The position numbers and the translations under genes are program-made. Source: Gracilinanus agilis (Eukaryota). Taken from it: DNA of 64,000 nucleotides. A model generated the notes under the pieces. The model made no database searches. It was not told the origin of the DNA and was given only the letters and a program-made list of their open reading frames with translations. Position 1 is the stretch's first letter. Each line of letters begins with the position of its first letter. Positions 45,847 to 59,664 of the stretch are shown piece by piece. The stretch is taken from positions 350,951,010-351,015,009 of the forward strand of contig NC_058130.1 of NCBI RefSeq assembly GCF_016433145.1, given 5' to 3'.

Positions 45847-48112
45847 GCTTCTACCTAAAGCCTCAATGAAATAATCAAATGGATGTGTCATAATGAGAGC
45901 AAAGAGATAATTTATTATTGTTTAACCTTTGAAAACGAAAGTGGACTAGTCTATTAAAAATATTGACCAAACAGGAGAAAGGAAAGCTTTATGATTTGGC
46001 TTAAATTTGAAAAATGTGCTCCTTTCCACTTATAAAGTCAGGAGCCACAATTATTGAATGCAGGAAACTATATGATCAATTGAGTTTTTAAATTGACATT
46101 TGAGTGAAATGCATGTAAAAGCAAGCACATGACTTTCTGTCCAATAGCAGAGAGGGAAAAAATGTGGGGGGAGTAACAAATGTCATGGTTATCATTGGTC
46201 ACAAAACTTGACTCTTCAACCCCAAAGGTATTTTATTAAAAAAAACACACAATGGGGAAAATAGAAAATATAAAGTTACATTTTCCTTAAAAAATTTCAT
46301 ACTCACCGAGAATGCAAAGAATCAGGTTTATTATATTGTACTCTATGCAACTATCCTCTTGGGCAAATTAGTATCACTTTTATTGTATTTTCTAGTTGAA
46401 ATAACAGAAATAATGTATTTACCTCATCTTAAGACAACTGCCTCTTCTGATCTCATCAACATATAATAGAAACCAAAAGCAAAATGGAAGCAATATTGAT
46501 ATGGCCAAATTCAGTGCTTTTTCATCATCTTCTTTATTCGTCCTCATTTGCAGGGACATAGTTAATGTTCCCTTTGTGGAGTTTATCACAGATTAGGTTG
46601 CTCTCCAGAGATAAGATACTCAGCCAGAAAGTGTGCTCCAATGTTAAAACCCAGTCAAATTAAACCTCTTAGCATTTTGAAACTTTGCTTTGTGAATTGT
46701 TAGTTTACAGAAACAAAAACTGGGCTTTTGATTCCTATGCTTAATTTCATTTACTTTGTTACTAGATATTAACAAATCAGAAAATATTCTCATGAATCCC
46801 ATTTACTCCTCTCACATCAAATGTCATAAACAACATTACATTTGAATCTTTTTGCATTTGTGGTTAGATATATCAGTCTAATAAACTTTGGTATCTATGT
46901 CACTGTGGTCTGTTTGGTTCTAATTTTCCTTAAAAAAAAAATTCAGGCAATGTGATGATATAGACTAGAGTCTCAGTGTCAGATACTACATATGTACGTA
47001 TATGATACACATCGGTGAAACCGCTAGAGGAAAAGGCCTGTTCTAGGCCTTCACCAAAATAATCTCCAGGCATGTTTACACGGTGTGTGTATGTGTGTCT
47101 GTCACACATACACAAACATTTCCCCTGTGAGCCCTCTGCATTTCAGCACTCTTTCCTTGAAGCACCAGCATTTATGATTTAATCTTTTGCATCAAATAAC
47201 CAGAAGTTACACTAAGGGTGAATATTTATAAGAATTCAAATAATCAAATACAGCTGTGCTGTTCGCCACCCCTTCCACTGGCTGTTACGCACAGCTGTCT
47301 GAACTTGTTATCCTGAATCGGCTCAGCTCTCCCTCTGATCCTCTACAGAGCCTTTCTTTGCCTCTGGGAGCTCCTCTGAGTGGCTCCTTCCCAGCAATAG
47401 CCTTTGATGTCTGGTACTTGAACATCAAATTTAATTTTTAAACATTTCTTCTGATGATCCAGACGAGTTTGGAAAATGGTCTCAGGGTTTAATGAGGGCA
47501 GGATCCCACAGAGATGAGTGCTTAGACCATTGTGGGTGGGTCCTGGAAAATACCCCCATTGGGTGTCGTGGGAGGAGGGTGCCCTTTGAAATTGTTGTTT
47601 TTAAAACCTCCAATAGGTTAGAGCCTATTTTGGATTCTGGTCTCTGGATTACCAGGGCTACGGGGTGGCTTCTCGGTGCATAAGGTCGGGTTCCTTCTGG
47701 TCACAACTGCACCAGCTGCTCTTGAAACACTACTTGCTAGATAGAGCTGTAACTTTCTCAGGCTACGGATCTGACTCTTTCATTTATTTATTTCTGATGT
47801 GTGAAATGAAAGGAGTGTTTAATCATTAATGCTACTTTTAGTGAAGATAACAGTGTGAACTCCACAGCTGAGATTGCTTTGGTGCTTATGACTTACTGGT
47901 AACGTCCAGGGCTATAAGCCCTTCCTCTTGGAGGTAAGGTCACAAGTTACATTCCCTTGGAATGTCAACTCACTAGGGAGAAGGTACTCGCTATATTTGT
48001 CAAGAGTTCTGGCAGAACATATTCATGCATGTGCTTATCTCTATGGGGGTCAAATTTGGACCCCCATATTTCAATGCTTTATGCAGAGAATTACTTAGAA
48101 GGATAGTATTTC

Positions 48113-48182
48113 TTTCCTTCTTTCCTTCCTTCCTTCCTTCCTTCCTTCCTTCCTTCCTTCCTTCCTTCCTTCCTTCCTTCCT
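48113..48182. repeat. (TTCC)n tetranucleotide microsatellite followed by polyT
   Basis: Direct inspection. Confidence 0.95.
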
Positions 48183-48834
48183 TTTTTTTTTTTAAGATTA
48201 AAAGGCATGAAATGGCGTTTCCTATTGGTAGTATCATACCTCATTGTTGTTTTTGTTTTTAAAATTGAATCCTAATTTATTGTGTCTGAAAAACCTATCA
48301 AATCACCGTCGGACTAGAACTAGAATCATTCAAGAGAATAATTCTACTGTAGCAATAAAGGATTTTGAAGTATGTTCCCCTGATATTAAGATCATGGAAA
48401 TCCAAAGAGTATCTCCATCAGTATTTTCATATTGAAAATAATATTTCTTCTAAAGATGAGTACTTCATCTATCTGAAAACTGAATACCTCTGAATTTTAA
48501 AATTGGACTCTAGAATGTGTAAAACTTATGAAATTTTCATAGGAAAATGAATAAAAATTAATAATGATCTTTCAAATAAGTTATACAGACTGTGTCTAGA
48601 GGATCTGCTTGCACCATTATTACTGTTCTATGTCTCAGAGCAAAGTATAGTGCCTTTTGATTGTAGGCTACAATGCCATTCCATCATTTAAATCAGGAAA
48701 TGATTAATAATATTGCCTCTCTTTGAAATTCTAAGAAGGGAATTTAAGGAGTTAGAGAAGCATAGACATTTTTAAAGGTAGCCATTCTCTTTAAAAATGT
48801 TTATTTTAATTTTTAAAAATTTATTTACTTATTT

Positions 48835-48995
48835 ACCTAAAACCCTTACCTTCTATCTTAGAATCAATATTGTGTCTGGGTTCCAAAGCAGAAGAGCAGT
48901 AAGTGCTAGGCAATGGGGGTTAAGTGACTTGCCCAGGGTCACACAGCTAGGAAGTTTGAACCCAGTACTCTCAATCTACTGAGCCACCTATCTTC
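48835..48995 (-). mobile_element. SINE1_Mdo-like SINE with internal deletion
   Basis: aaacccttaccttctatcttagaatcaatattgtgtctgggttccaaagcagaagagcagtaag. Confidence 0.85.
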
Positions 48996-49919
48996 CTCTA
49001 AAGTAGTTGTACCCTTGAGAAATTTCATTTGGTTAAATATGACTACATTATAAATATTTATATATATCTTTGTAATGAAGAAAAGTAAATTGCCAGGTAG
49101 CATGGAAAATGTTGCTTTGGGAATATCACAGGGATAGGACCTGAAATTTGACATATACTTATTAACTTTTAAAATTTCCACACGATTTAGGTGTTTAGCT
49201 AGTAGCTGAAGTCAGGAAATATCCACCACAAGTTTAAAGTCAAAACCGATTTTCAAATTTGTTCATGGCAGAAATCTTCAAGCAATCCATTTATAGCTTA
49301 AAATTCAGAAAGGATTTAGGGGGCTTAAAGTGTGTTTGCTTCAGTATTTAGTAGCTAGCATGAACAGACTAATACACACATTTTCTTGGCTCACCCACAG
49401 TATAAACTTTTAGAATCATTATTTTTTCCTATGGTCAGGAAATTAAGAAATACACATAATTTATATATTTAAGGTATTAGCAATAACATGTGTATAAAAA
49501 TTGAAATTTTGGAACTTCTAACTCATTAATTATGAAAGCTCATTCAATTGCAATAATGAATTTCCTTTTAAAAATGTTTTGTTAATGAAAAGGAAAGAAA
49601 AAATAAATATATCTCTAAAATAAAGATGTTAAAAATAAGGCTTTAATTAAAATGGAGTGTACTTATCCTCTTACTGAGGTCACAGCCTGTTTACTTTTAT
49701 GATGTTGGATTATGAGTTGGTAAGCATTTCCAAAGTCAACTGGTGTGTTGTTTTTTTTTTTTTTTAGTTGGGAGTTGGGAGGTTAAATGGCTATATAGCT
49801 ACATGTTGAAACTTGGTCTGGTTTAATAGGACTTATTATATTAAAAATGTATTTAAAAGGACTAGATTGTGACTTCCCGACTGCATAGATTGGAGGTGGG
49901 GGGGGGTGAATTTGAATCT

Positions 49920-51160
49920 CAGATTTTGAAAGTTGGAAGGGGCTTCACTGGCCATTTAGTTTATCCCATGCATGAAAGGGATCCTTACTCTAATGTACCT
50001 TTCAAGTGATCTTTCAATATCACCCTCTGCTTGAAGACCCAGGAAGGAAAGCCCATTTTCTCTTGAGGCAGGACAATCCATTTGGATACCATTTTAATTG
50101 TTAGAATTTTTTTTTTTCTGATTATCAAACCTTTATTCACTTCTTTGCAATTTTACTCTTGGCTCCTGGATTTACTCTCTGGAAGCAAAAATTACACATC
50201 TTCCCCGTGTTGTGACAACCTTTCCAAAAGTTGAAGACTAAGCCCTGAGGCTTCTTTTCTCCAGGCTAAGCATCCCCAATTCTTCAACTGATCCTCATAC
50301 ATCATGGACTTACCCCCATGACTGTCTTCCTGACAGTTTCTAGTTTATCAGTGTCATTCTTAATATGTGATGCCCAGAATGAGATAGAATATTCCAGATA
50401 AGATTTTCTTTTTGTAAAGACTTGTGCATATATTTCAGATTTCAACATTAATGTCAAAAATACTTATTATTATTTTACATAGGATTTGTGCTACATCAGA
50501 ACATGAGACAAATACCACTTTAGTTTTAAAGGAAACATTAAATATTGGAAGTTGTGTTCCCTTTAATGGGGCCCAAGGTTATGTTAGCTTTCTTTTGGCT
50601 ATTACATCACACTGCTGAATCATATAGAGTTTACAGTCCACTAAGCACTCCAAATCTTTTCTGGAACAATTGCCGTCTCTCTGTCTTCCCCATTTTATAC
50701 TGTTTTACAGTTGATTTTTGTACCCCAATATCACAACTTATGTGAAATTGAATTTTTTTTGTGGCACAGTGCAAAACTTTATATTTATGCCTAATGAATT
50801 AGCATTAGATTTAGTTTGATTTTCCAGCTTGGAGGATCCTTTTGGATCCAGTGTGTTAACTGTTCCAGCTTTTATGTCTTATGCAAATCTGATGAGTATG
50901 TCATTCAAGCATTTATTCAATCATTAATAATTATGTGAAATAGCATCAGGCCAAGTACAGATCCCTGGGGCACCCTTCTGGGGACCTTGGATCCCACTTA
51001 CATTGAATGAAAAACAATTACTCTTTAATTCCAGTCATCCAATTAATTGTGAATCCACCTGGTTCTATTATATCTCTCCATTTTTTTCTGTAAGAACAGT
51101 AAAGATACTTCATCAAAACCTTTGCTAAGATCTAGGTAAGCTTGATCCACAGCATTAACC
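49920..51160 (-). mobile_element. CR1/L3 LINE fragment
   Basis: ttctccaggctaagcatccccaattcttcaac, ttcttaatatgtgatgcccagaa, ttcatcaaaacctttgctaagatctagg. Confidence 0.7.
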
Positions 51161-51186
51161 TAATATTGCTGTTGTTGTTGTGGACT

Positions 51187-51395
51187 ATTGGGTCATCCAG
51201 GTGGCACAGTGGATAGAATGTTGGACATGAAGTCAGGAACATTCATCTTTCTTAGTTCAAATCTGGTCTCAGACACTTACTAGCTGTGTGACCCTGGGCA
51301 AGTCACTTAACCCTGTTTGTCTCAGTTTCCTCATCTGTCAAATGAACTGGAAAAAGAAATGGAAAACCATTCTGGTATCTTTGCCAAGAAAAACA
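51187..51395 (+). mobile_element. MAR1-like SINE followed by a MIR (about 51420-51560)
   Basis: caggtggcacagtggatag...ctcagacacttactagctgtgtgaccctgggcaagtcacttaaccctgttt...ggtatctttgccaagaaaa. Confidence 0.85.
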
Positions 51396-53599
51396 TGACC
51401 TCGGGTACTTTAGTTCTGATTAGTCAGTTAACACTTCTGCCACAGTTTCCTCAACTGTATAAAGGAGATAATAATAGCACCTACTTTCCAGGGTTATTGT
51501 GAAGATAAACCAAAATTACATTTATAAAGCACTTAGCACACAATAGGTACTTAATAAATGCCTGTTCCCTTCCCTTTGTTCCTTTACCATCTTTTTCCTT
51601 ATCTTGGGTATTAACACCCTGTTATTTTTTTCAAAAAAAAAATTCAGAGTGAAGTTGACACTCCTTTATAACTCTTGACTTCTCATGGTATGCCTGACCC
51701 TTTAAAATTATTTAAACATAGGGATTATTTTTTTATAGTTGAGTTGTAAGGTTAATTCCCACTTTTTAAAAGAGCTCCCATAGACTAATCAACAAGTTAG
51801 AAAATTCTGAAAAGCTGCTAACTACTTAGCAAAGTAGTCAAGTAGCAGGTGGTTGCTGCTAACTAGCAATATTTATATAAGTGAAAAGCCTTTTGTTTCT
51901 CATTTATAGTAGAGCTAAGTTTTCTTTTCAGATGAGTTGATTAACAGATAGATGCATGTTTGGTATGTAGCTGAGCAGAGAAGAAGAATGCCTCAGCTTT
52001 TCTAGAAGGCAAAAACATGAATGCCTGAAAAAGAGTAGATCCCTAAAGGTGACTGGTTTCATGGAGTAATGACTTGGCTTTTATTTGCTGCAGTGGAAAA
52101 TCTACAGATTTTCATTGTTACACTGAGTAGTTGAACTGCTAGTAGGAAAAAAAAAAGTTTTCATGAGAAGATTTCTCCATAAAGTCAGAGTTAGTGAAAT
52201 AAATGAGAAAGGAAGATTATTTGTAAGCAGTTAAGAAAGAAATGCTTCTTCAATGAGTAGTAATGATATACTGAGTCTTGATTGAAGTTAGAAATAAAAA
52301 TAATAAAAAGTTAGAAATAAAATAATGGCCCCATTCTACTTATCATGGAGGAAAAATGAATTTTAATACTTTTGTTCTAGGGTTAGTTAACCTCCCTTTC
52401 CTCTATCCTTTTAAATCAATCATTTACCTTTCAACTGTAGGTCTCAGAAAGGGTCATAAAACCAATTCAAATGATAGTTTTTCCAGGAAATGTGTTTTAT
52501 AGTAATAGTTTGGGATCTGGTCTGTTAGAATATTCAGCTGCTATTTTGCTATGGAACCATAGACACTTCTGTAAGTAGAAAAGCTTTATTTTTGCCGTTT
52601 GTGGTTTGTAAGAAATGAACTTTGGAAACTGAAATTATACATGAGAAAATATTTGACAACTTAATTATCATGTATATTGTGCATGTACATATATATATAT
52701 ACATAAATTATGAAGAGAATTTTAACAAATTTCAACAATCATAGTTTTTTTAAGTTAGTATTAATGGTGTGGGTTATAATGACTTCTGAAAAGCATAGCT
52801 TTAGACAGTTTTGATTCTTGGAATACTTGATACAGTTAGACATATTAGCACATCTGAACATTATTAAGAAAACATGAATTTTCTAATGTGCAAGCATTTT
52901 GTCCCTTTGGGGTACCATAGAGACTTGGATTTGAAAAAATGATGCACATTTTTTTTTGTATTTGACTTCTGATTTTTTAATTTAATGCTTGGCCCTAACT
53001 AAGGCTAGATCATCACTGGCACCAATTTCAAAAATTCATTCTGCTTATTAAGTGATTAGTACTGCCTGTAGATGAGCTAGCTGGCTGGCAGTCCGAGTTG
53101 TGTGCCTAGCAAGGTCAAAGCTAAGAAGTGACCCTTAGCAGGAATTGTCGGGACTTTTTCTAATCAATAGCAGGTGTGAATATGGCTGAAGGAATATCAG
53201 AGAGAGTCTTGTTAGAAATGAGCTTATCACTACAATGGCTCCCTTGTGGAATAATGAATTTGAAGGCAGAATAAAAATGTGTTTTGTCTCCAATCGAAAG
53301 CTAGATAAAGTGTTACTTTGTTTTGTCAAAAGGTTCAAAATGGCACATAAGTTATTATTTCAAGATTTTGGACAATGGGAGGCAATTGTTCCTAATTATA
53401 TAAATATGGTGAGTTCAGGATAATCAACTTAAGGAGCCAATAATGAACCTGGCAAGATTGAACTTGTATAAAAATATTTAAGATGATTTAAAATAAAAGA
53501 TGATATAGCTTTGTAATTTAAAAGACAAATGTGACAAAGAGATGTAAACATGGAAGCAATGACAATATCATACCTTATAAAGCATGACCACTTTGTTCA

Positions 53600-56500
53600 A
53601 TAAGCATTTATTATGCCCCCAAATATGTGCCAAACTGTTCCGGTAGAATGGGAGTAGGATGAAAAAATTAAAGTCCATGCCTTCTTGGAGCTTGCATTCA
53701 TTTTCTTGGAACATATAAATAAAAATATATGCCTAAGACATAGAAAGTAATGACTGGGAGCGGGTGATGGATGAGAATAAGCCTCATATAGAAGGTAGTA
53801 AATAAATTGAACACTAAAGGAGGCTAGGAATGAAGAGATAATGTATTGAAGGAATGGGTGGCAATCTCTGTAAAGGCTTGGTGAACAGCAGAGTGGTTGT
53901 TTTATGGGTAGTTAGAATTCTTGAGAGGCATCTAGGTGGAATAGTAGATAGAATACTGACCTGGAGTCAGCAAGCCAGCTCTTCCTGAGTTTAAATCTGG
54001 CATCAGACACTTACTAGTTGTGTGACCCTGGGCAAGTCACTTAACCCTGTTTGCCTCAGTTTCTTCATCTGTCAAAAGAACTGAAGAAAGAAATGGTGAA
54101 CCACTCCAGAATCTTTGCCAAGAAGACCCTGACTGAAGAGTCAGACCTAGCTGAAAATGACTAGACAACAACATTATTTCTTGCAGGCTAATAATATGTC
54201 CATTACCTGAAAAAGTAGACTGAATTTAGCTTATGAAGAGCTATAAAGGCTAAATAGAGGAGTTTGTATTTTATCCTGGTACATCAGGGAGCCACTGAAG
54301 CTTCTTGAGCAAGGACTAGCAAAGATTATCATTTTGACAGGTACATGGAGGTTATATTGAAGATGGAAGAGGAGAGGGAAATCAATTAAGAGGCTGTTGA
54401 AATAATCTAGGTGAGAGGTGATGAGGACCTGAATTAGTGGGGATTGTGTGTGAGTAGAAAGAAAGGAAGAGAGGAATAGACATAAGAGATATTATTGAAG
54501 TAAAATCCTCAAAAACTGAATGGATATTGGAGGGTGAGAGAGAAGAGAGGAAGAGTCACTGATCACTCTGAAGCTTCAGACTTATGGGATTGGAAGGAAA
54601 TTGGCCCTCAACCAAAATAGGAGAGATGGGAAAAAGTGGATTTTTTTTGTTAAAAATATAATTAATTCTAACTCAAGCACGTTGAATTTAAGAAGCTAAC
54701 TAGAGATCCAGTTGGAAATAATGGTCATATGGAACTGGAATTTAGGACAGAGAATAGAGTTGGACATATTCATTTGAGAGTCTTGTAGAGAGAGGGGGTA
54801 TTTAAATTGATAGGAACTGATGGTTACGCCTCTTTTCTCCACACAGTATGAGTCAAGGTCCTTTACTAATAAAGAAAAAGTGATATGGAAGCTTGAAGAG
54901 AGAAGAGAAAGTTTGGAGTTTGGCGATAGAGAGTGTACAAGAGTCAATTAAACAAAAGTAAAAGAATTGCTCTGCTGTAGTGGGAGTGATCCAGGATTGG
55001 GATTTGACAAAGGATGATGTTAAAGGACTTAGAAAAGGATAGTACAACATGAAATTATTTAATTATAGGGTCAAGATTGGGAAGGAAGAAAAAAGAACAG
55101 GAAGAATACTGGTACTCTAGACAGAAATAGGAAAGTTTAGAAAGTATGAATTTGAGCAGAAAGATAATGAGTTTTGTTTTGGACATGTTGAGTTTGAGAT
55201 GCCCATAGGACATCAAATTCGAAATGTTCACTAGGCAGTGGGTGATATGGGACTTGAACTCAGGGGAGAGACTGGAACTATAAATATATATATTTCTATA
55301 TGAAGATGTGTAACACTGGAAATCATTGGCGAGAAATGATAATTAAACTCATGGGAGCTGATGAACTCACTGAGAGTGTATAAGGAGAAAAAAAAGGGGG
55401 GGCGGTTCAAGATAGAGCCTTGGAGGACACTTAGAGTTAGTGAGCATAACATGAATGAAGATCCAGGAGATTGAGAAAGATGGTGAGACAAGAAGGAGAA
55501 GAACCATGAAAGAATACTGTGATGAAAACCCTCAGAGAAGAAAATATCCAGAAGGAGGTATTAGTTAACACTCTCACATACTGCAGAGCAAAAATGATGA
55601 GGATTATGAAAAAGTTATTAGATTTGATAATTAAGAGAGCGTTGATCACTTTGGAGAGAGCAGTTTCAGTTGAGTGATGATAATGGAAGACAATTTTCAA
55701 AGGGTTTAGAAGAGGGCGAGAGAAGATATAGTGGGGAACTATGAATGTAGATGACTTTTTCAGTTTAGTTGAGAGAGGAAGAAATGAGTTGATAGGGAGG
55801 GAGAGATGGCAGGAAGTAGTGATTATTTTTATGAGAATGGGGAAGATGGCTGTGTTTGTAGGTAACAGAAAGAATTAGTAGGTAGGGGGAGATTGAAGAT
55901 TAGAAAGTGAGAATGTATGACTTGAGGGGCATCTTGCTGAAGAATATGGAAAAGGATGTGATTAAAGGTACATGTAGAGGGGCTAGCCTTGGCAAAAAGG
56001 ACCACTCTTCTTCAGAGACTGGAGTTAAAGGAGAAAATGGTGTGGGATGATATCAGGAGGATATAATAATCACCAACAAGCATTTATTAAATGCTTAATA
56101 TGCCCCAGGCACTATGTGAAGTGCTAGAACTACAAATACAAGCAGAAAGAAAAACAGTTCGAGTCCTCAAAAAGCTTTTATCCTAATAGGGAAAGACAAT
56201 AAATAAAAAGAAGCTGAAAGGGGGAGATGAAGCCATCTAGTGATATGACATGATAAAGTCCAAAATGTAGCCTGTAGAGGAATGAGACATGGCTGACCTG
56301 GGTATTCTTTTAAAATAAAGACTCTTCGAGGAGTCATCCAAGCAGAAGGAGAGGCAGAAGGAGTGAAGGATGCATCTAAGGTGTGAATTCCAGGGCTGGA
56401 GTGAACTTCCTGGATGAAGAAGTTTCTGGGATATAGTAGAGAAGAGGAATGAGGCTGTATAATGAGGAGAATGGGAGAAGCATCTTGCATTGAATGGCCT

Positions 56501-56620
56501 GGATTTTTTTAGGCAGAATGAGTGGAGGTCTTTAGCTGGGGGTAGAGGGAAAAAGAGAGGCTGGTATGGATGAATTGAGGGGAGAAGAGATTTGGGACAC
56601 CCTTGTATGTGAGAGGTATA
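53600..56620 (-). mobile_element. Long fragmented L2 remnant(s)
   Basis: Purine-rich; aataagcatttattatgcc, ttttggacatgttgagtttgagatgccc, tttggagagagcagtttcagttgagtgatg, agcatttattaaatgc. Confidence 0.7.
53930..54165 (+). mobile_element. MAR1-like SINE inserted in the L2
   Basis: gcatctaggtggaatagtagatagaatactgacctggagtc...ccactccagaatctttgccaagaagaccc. Confidence 0.85.
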
Positions 56621-57154
56621 AAGAAGTAGACAGGGCAAGTAAATATCAACCTCCATCGCTCCCTCCATTCCCATTTTACATGTGAAGAATCTGAGTTGTG
56701 GAGGGATTATATGACTCGTCCAAGACCACACAGCAAATAAGTGGTAGAAGAGTGGCTAAATTGAAGCTCTGTTGTCTCTGAATCTTCCCTTTGTACTCGA
56801 TGTTGGCTAGCCTTTTTGGAAGTATCGTATTCAGTTTTGGAGCCCATGGTGTGGAGTGAACAAATATTTAACAGTTCAGGACATTTTTTTTTCCAGTGCT
56901 GGGGAAGAAGATAAAAAGAAATGCTTCTTGTCCTCAGAGAGCTTCTATTCTACTTTATTGTTTATGATTCTTTCAAAGACATTGGGTAACAGATTGTCTG
57001 AGGGAAAGGTTCTATGAACTGGATTAATTTAGCAAGGGACTGGTAAAGCTGATTGGAAAACTGCAAATATTTCAGGTATATGAAGGGATATTTTTATGAA
57101 TGAGGATTAAGTAAAGCGCTTCTTTCATTCTGCCAGTAGAATCTTGCTTCTTTT

Positions 57155-57480
57155 ATTTATTTATTTAAAAATTTTATTTATTTAGAATATTTTTCCATGT
57201 GTTATATGATTCATGATTTTTCGCACCCCTCTTCCCTCCTCCCTCCCGAATCCAACAAGGAGTTCTACTGGCTTATACATGTATCATTGTTCAAAACCTA
57301 TTTCTATGTTATCCATATTTGCAATAGAATGGTCATTTAAAGCCAAAAGCCCAATCATATCCCCATCGAACTATGTGACTTATCTTATGTTTTTCTTCTG
57401 CGTTTCTGCTCCCATAGTTCTTTCTCTGGATGTGGATAGTGTTCTTTCTCATAAGTTCTTCTGGGTTGTCCTGGATCATT
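57155..57480 (-). mobile_element. L1 3' end fragment
   Basis: tttagaatatttttccatg...gagttctactgg...tctggatgtggatagtgttctttctcataag. Confidence 0.8.
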
Positions 57481-57532
57481 AGAGTCTTACTTCTTGAAGG
57501 AGCAAATTGTTCTGTTTTTGTCTTTGTAATGA

Positions 57533-57895
57533 ACTTAAAAAATCCTTACCTTCTGTCTTAGTATCAGTTCTAAGACAGAAGAAGGGCAAGGGCTAAGCAA
57601 TTAAGATTAAGTGTTTTGGGGGGCAGCTGGGTAGCTCAGTGGATTGAGAGCTAGGCCTAGAGACAGGAGGTCCTAGGTTCAAATCTGGCCTCAGACACTT
57701 CCCAGCTGTGTGACCCTGGGCAAGTCACTTGACCCCCATTGCCTACCCTTATCACTCTTCCACCTATAAGTCAATACACAGAAGTTAAGGGTTTAAAATA
57801 AAAAAAAAGATTAAGTGTTTTGCTCAGGGTCACACAACTCAGAAGTATCTAAGGTCTGATTTGAACCCAGATTCTGGCACTCTGTCCACTGGTAA
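57533..57895 (-). mobile_element. Older SINE interrupted by a younger SINE
   Basis: aatccttaccttctgtc...[insert]...ctcagggtcacacaactcagaagtatct. Confidence 0.75.
57619..57806 (+). mobile_element. Young SINE1_Mdo-like SINE with perfect 16-bp TSD
   Basis: TSD AAGATTAAGTGTTTTG at 57603-57618 and 57807-57822; polyA tail. Confidence 0.92.
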
Positions 57896-57999
57896 TAAAC
57901 TTTTATTGAATTAAATAGAATTCATAAGATAAGTCCAGAGGGAAGGGTTTGTGTGGTAGCAAAGAGGAATTGTTTTTTTTGGAAGAGAGAGGGAAGGAA

Positions 58000-58160
58000 T
58001 AAGTATTTTTATAGTATCTCCTATGGGCTAAGCACTTTTTGCAAATATTATCTCACTTGATCTTTGCAACAACTGGGTTAAGTGACTTGGGCAGGGTCAC
58101 ACATCTAGTAAGTGTCTGACACTGGATTTGAATTTAGTTCTTTCTGACTCCGGGCCCCAG
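58000..58160 (-). mobile_element. MIR/MAR core fragments
   Basis: ttatctcacttgatctttgcaacaac...ggttaagtgacttgggcagggtcacac. Confidence 0.6.
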
Positions 58161-58989
58161 GGTCTGTTTTCTCTTGTAGGATTTGTAAGACACTGAAATA
58201 TCTTGCCAACAGAGGTGGTTTGGTTTCCCTTTCTGTAGTTTTTAAAGAGAGGGTAGACAGATTACTTTCTTGGATTATGGGAACATAATCTGCTGCATCA
58301 ATCTGCTCTTCCTCTGCAAGGGAATGAAGTAGGTGTTCATGGACTCTTCTCTTAAACTGAATCAAGATCTATAGGAAAACCCCATAAAAAAAGCTGCTAG
58401 CTTGTTTCTACCTCTAATGTACAAAGATTTTAAAAATTTTTTGCAGAATTGAAGAGAAATTTAGAAATCATCTAGACTAACTTCTTTTATAAGTGAAAAT
58501 TGAAGCCTTGAAAGCTGCTTTGGAGGAAGTCACATAAGGAGGAGGGTACTGGACCCAGGAGCTGGATCTAATTCTTCTGGCTTTAAGCCTCCTTCTACTA
58601 CATCTTTCTGAAATGTTCTTTAGAAACTGCTTATTCCCTCTTTCCACTGATTTATCCAGGTTTGACCACTTGCTTTTACCTCTAGGCTTAGTCTTGCACA
58701 TCCTGTGTTTGTCTCTGGCCTTGGAAAGGAAGGACATAAAGATTCCCTCTAGAGTGACTTGACCAAGCATCAAATCTTATATTCGCCTCCTGTATCCTAT
58801 GTCTGTTATTCACACTTTTTTTTTTAGATCCTAATGTAATGTATTGAAAGTAATTTACCAACCTTATGACACTATTATATATGTACATCACTTATTATTA
58901 TGATAGAAATATCATATCAAGAATCTATTATGTTGTGAGCCATCAAATGCATGTGAAATTAATTCACTGATGTTTTATTTTATTTTTTA

Positions 58990-59170
58990 TTTTTATAAAA
59001 CCCTTAGCTTCTGTTTCAGATTCAATTGATTCCAAGGCAGAAGAGTGGTAAGGACTAGGCAATGACTTGCCTAGGTTCACACAGCTAGGAAGTATCTGAG
59101 GTCAGATTTGAACCCAGGATTTCCTGTCTCTAGGCCTGGCTCTCAATCCACTGAGCCACCCAGCTGCCAC
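58990..59170 (-). mobile_element. SINE1_Mdo-like SINE
   Basis: aaacccttagcttctg...ttccaaggcagaagagtggtaagg...ctctcaatccactgagccacccagctgcc. Confidence 0.85.
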
Positions 59171-59664
59171 CTGATGATTTTTAAGATGACATCATTTTCC
59201 CGACACCTAGCAAATCTTCTCTTAGGTTGGAGGCACTTTCAGCTTTTCAAATATCCACTATTTAGTGTAATCCATTCTATAACAACGCACTTCCTGGTTT
59301 AAGGGACTGTTCTCTAACCTGGAGTATCATCTTTTCTCTTAAAGAAGGTAAGACTAATAGCTCACATTTATATAGATCTTTAAAGTTTATAAAAATAAGC
59401 CTTACAAAAATAAAAATAGCTTAAATAATTATAAATACAAAAAAAAGTAGTTTGAATAATTCTCATTTTAGAAATGAGAGCACACAAAAAGTAAAGTGAT
59501 TCATCCAGGGTCATCTATCCTGGCAGAAAGAGCAGCAGGTTTTGACTGCAGATTGCAAATCCAGGAGCTCTGACTCCACTAAATTGTCTTCTATTTGTTC
59601 ACTTCTCTAACTCGTTCTCAGTTGTGCTTTCTTTTTGCTGTAATAGACACTGGTTAGGACTTGA

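Noticed and set aside
47032-47052. Short hairpin aaggcct-gttct-aggcctt
   Set aside because: A 7-bp stem is expected by chance in 64 kb, with no other support.
49264-49278. catggcagaaatc resembling exon 7 codons for KWQKS
   Set aside because: Only about 11 nt match, the flanks do not encode the exon 7 peptide, and there are no splice sites.
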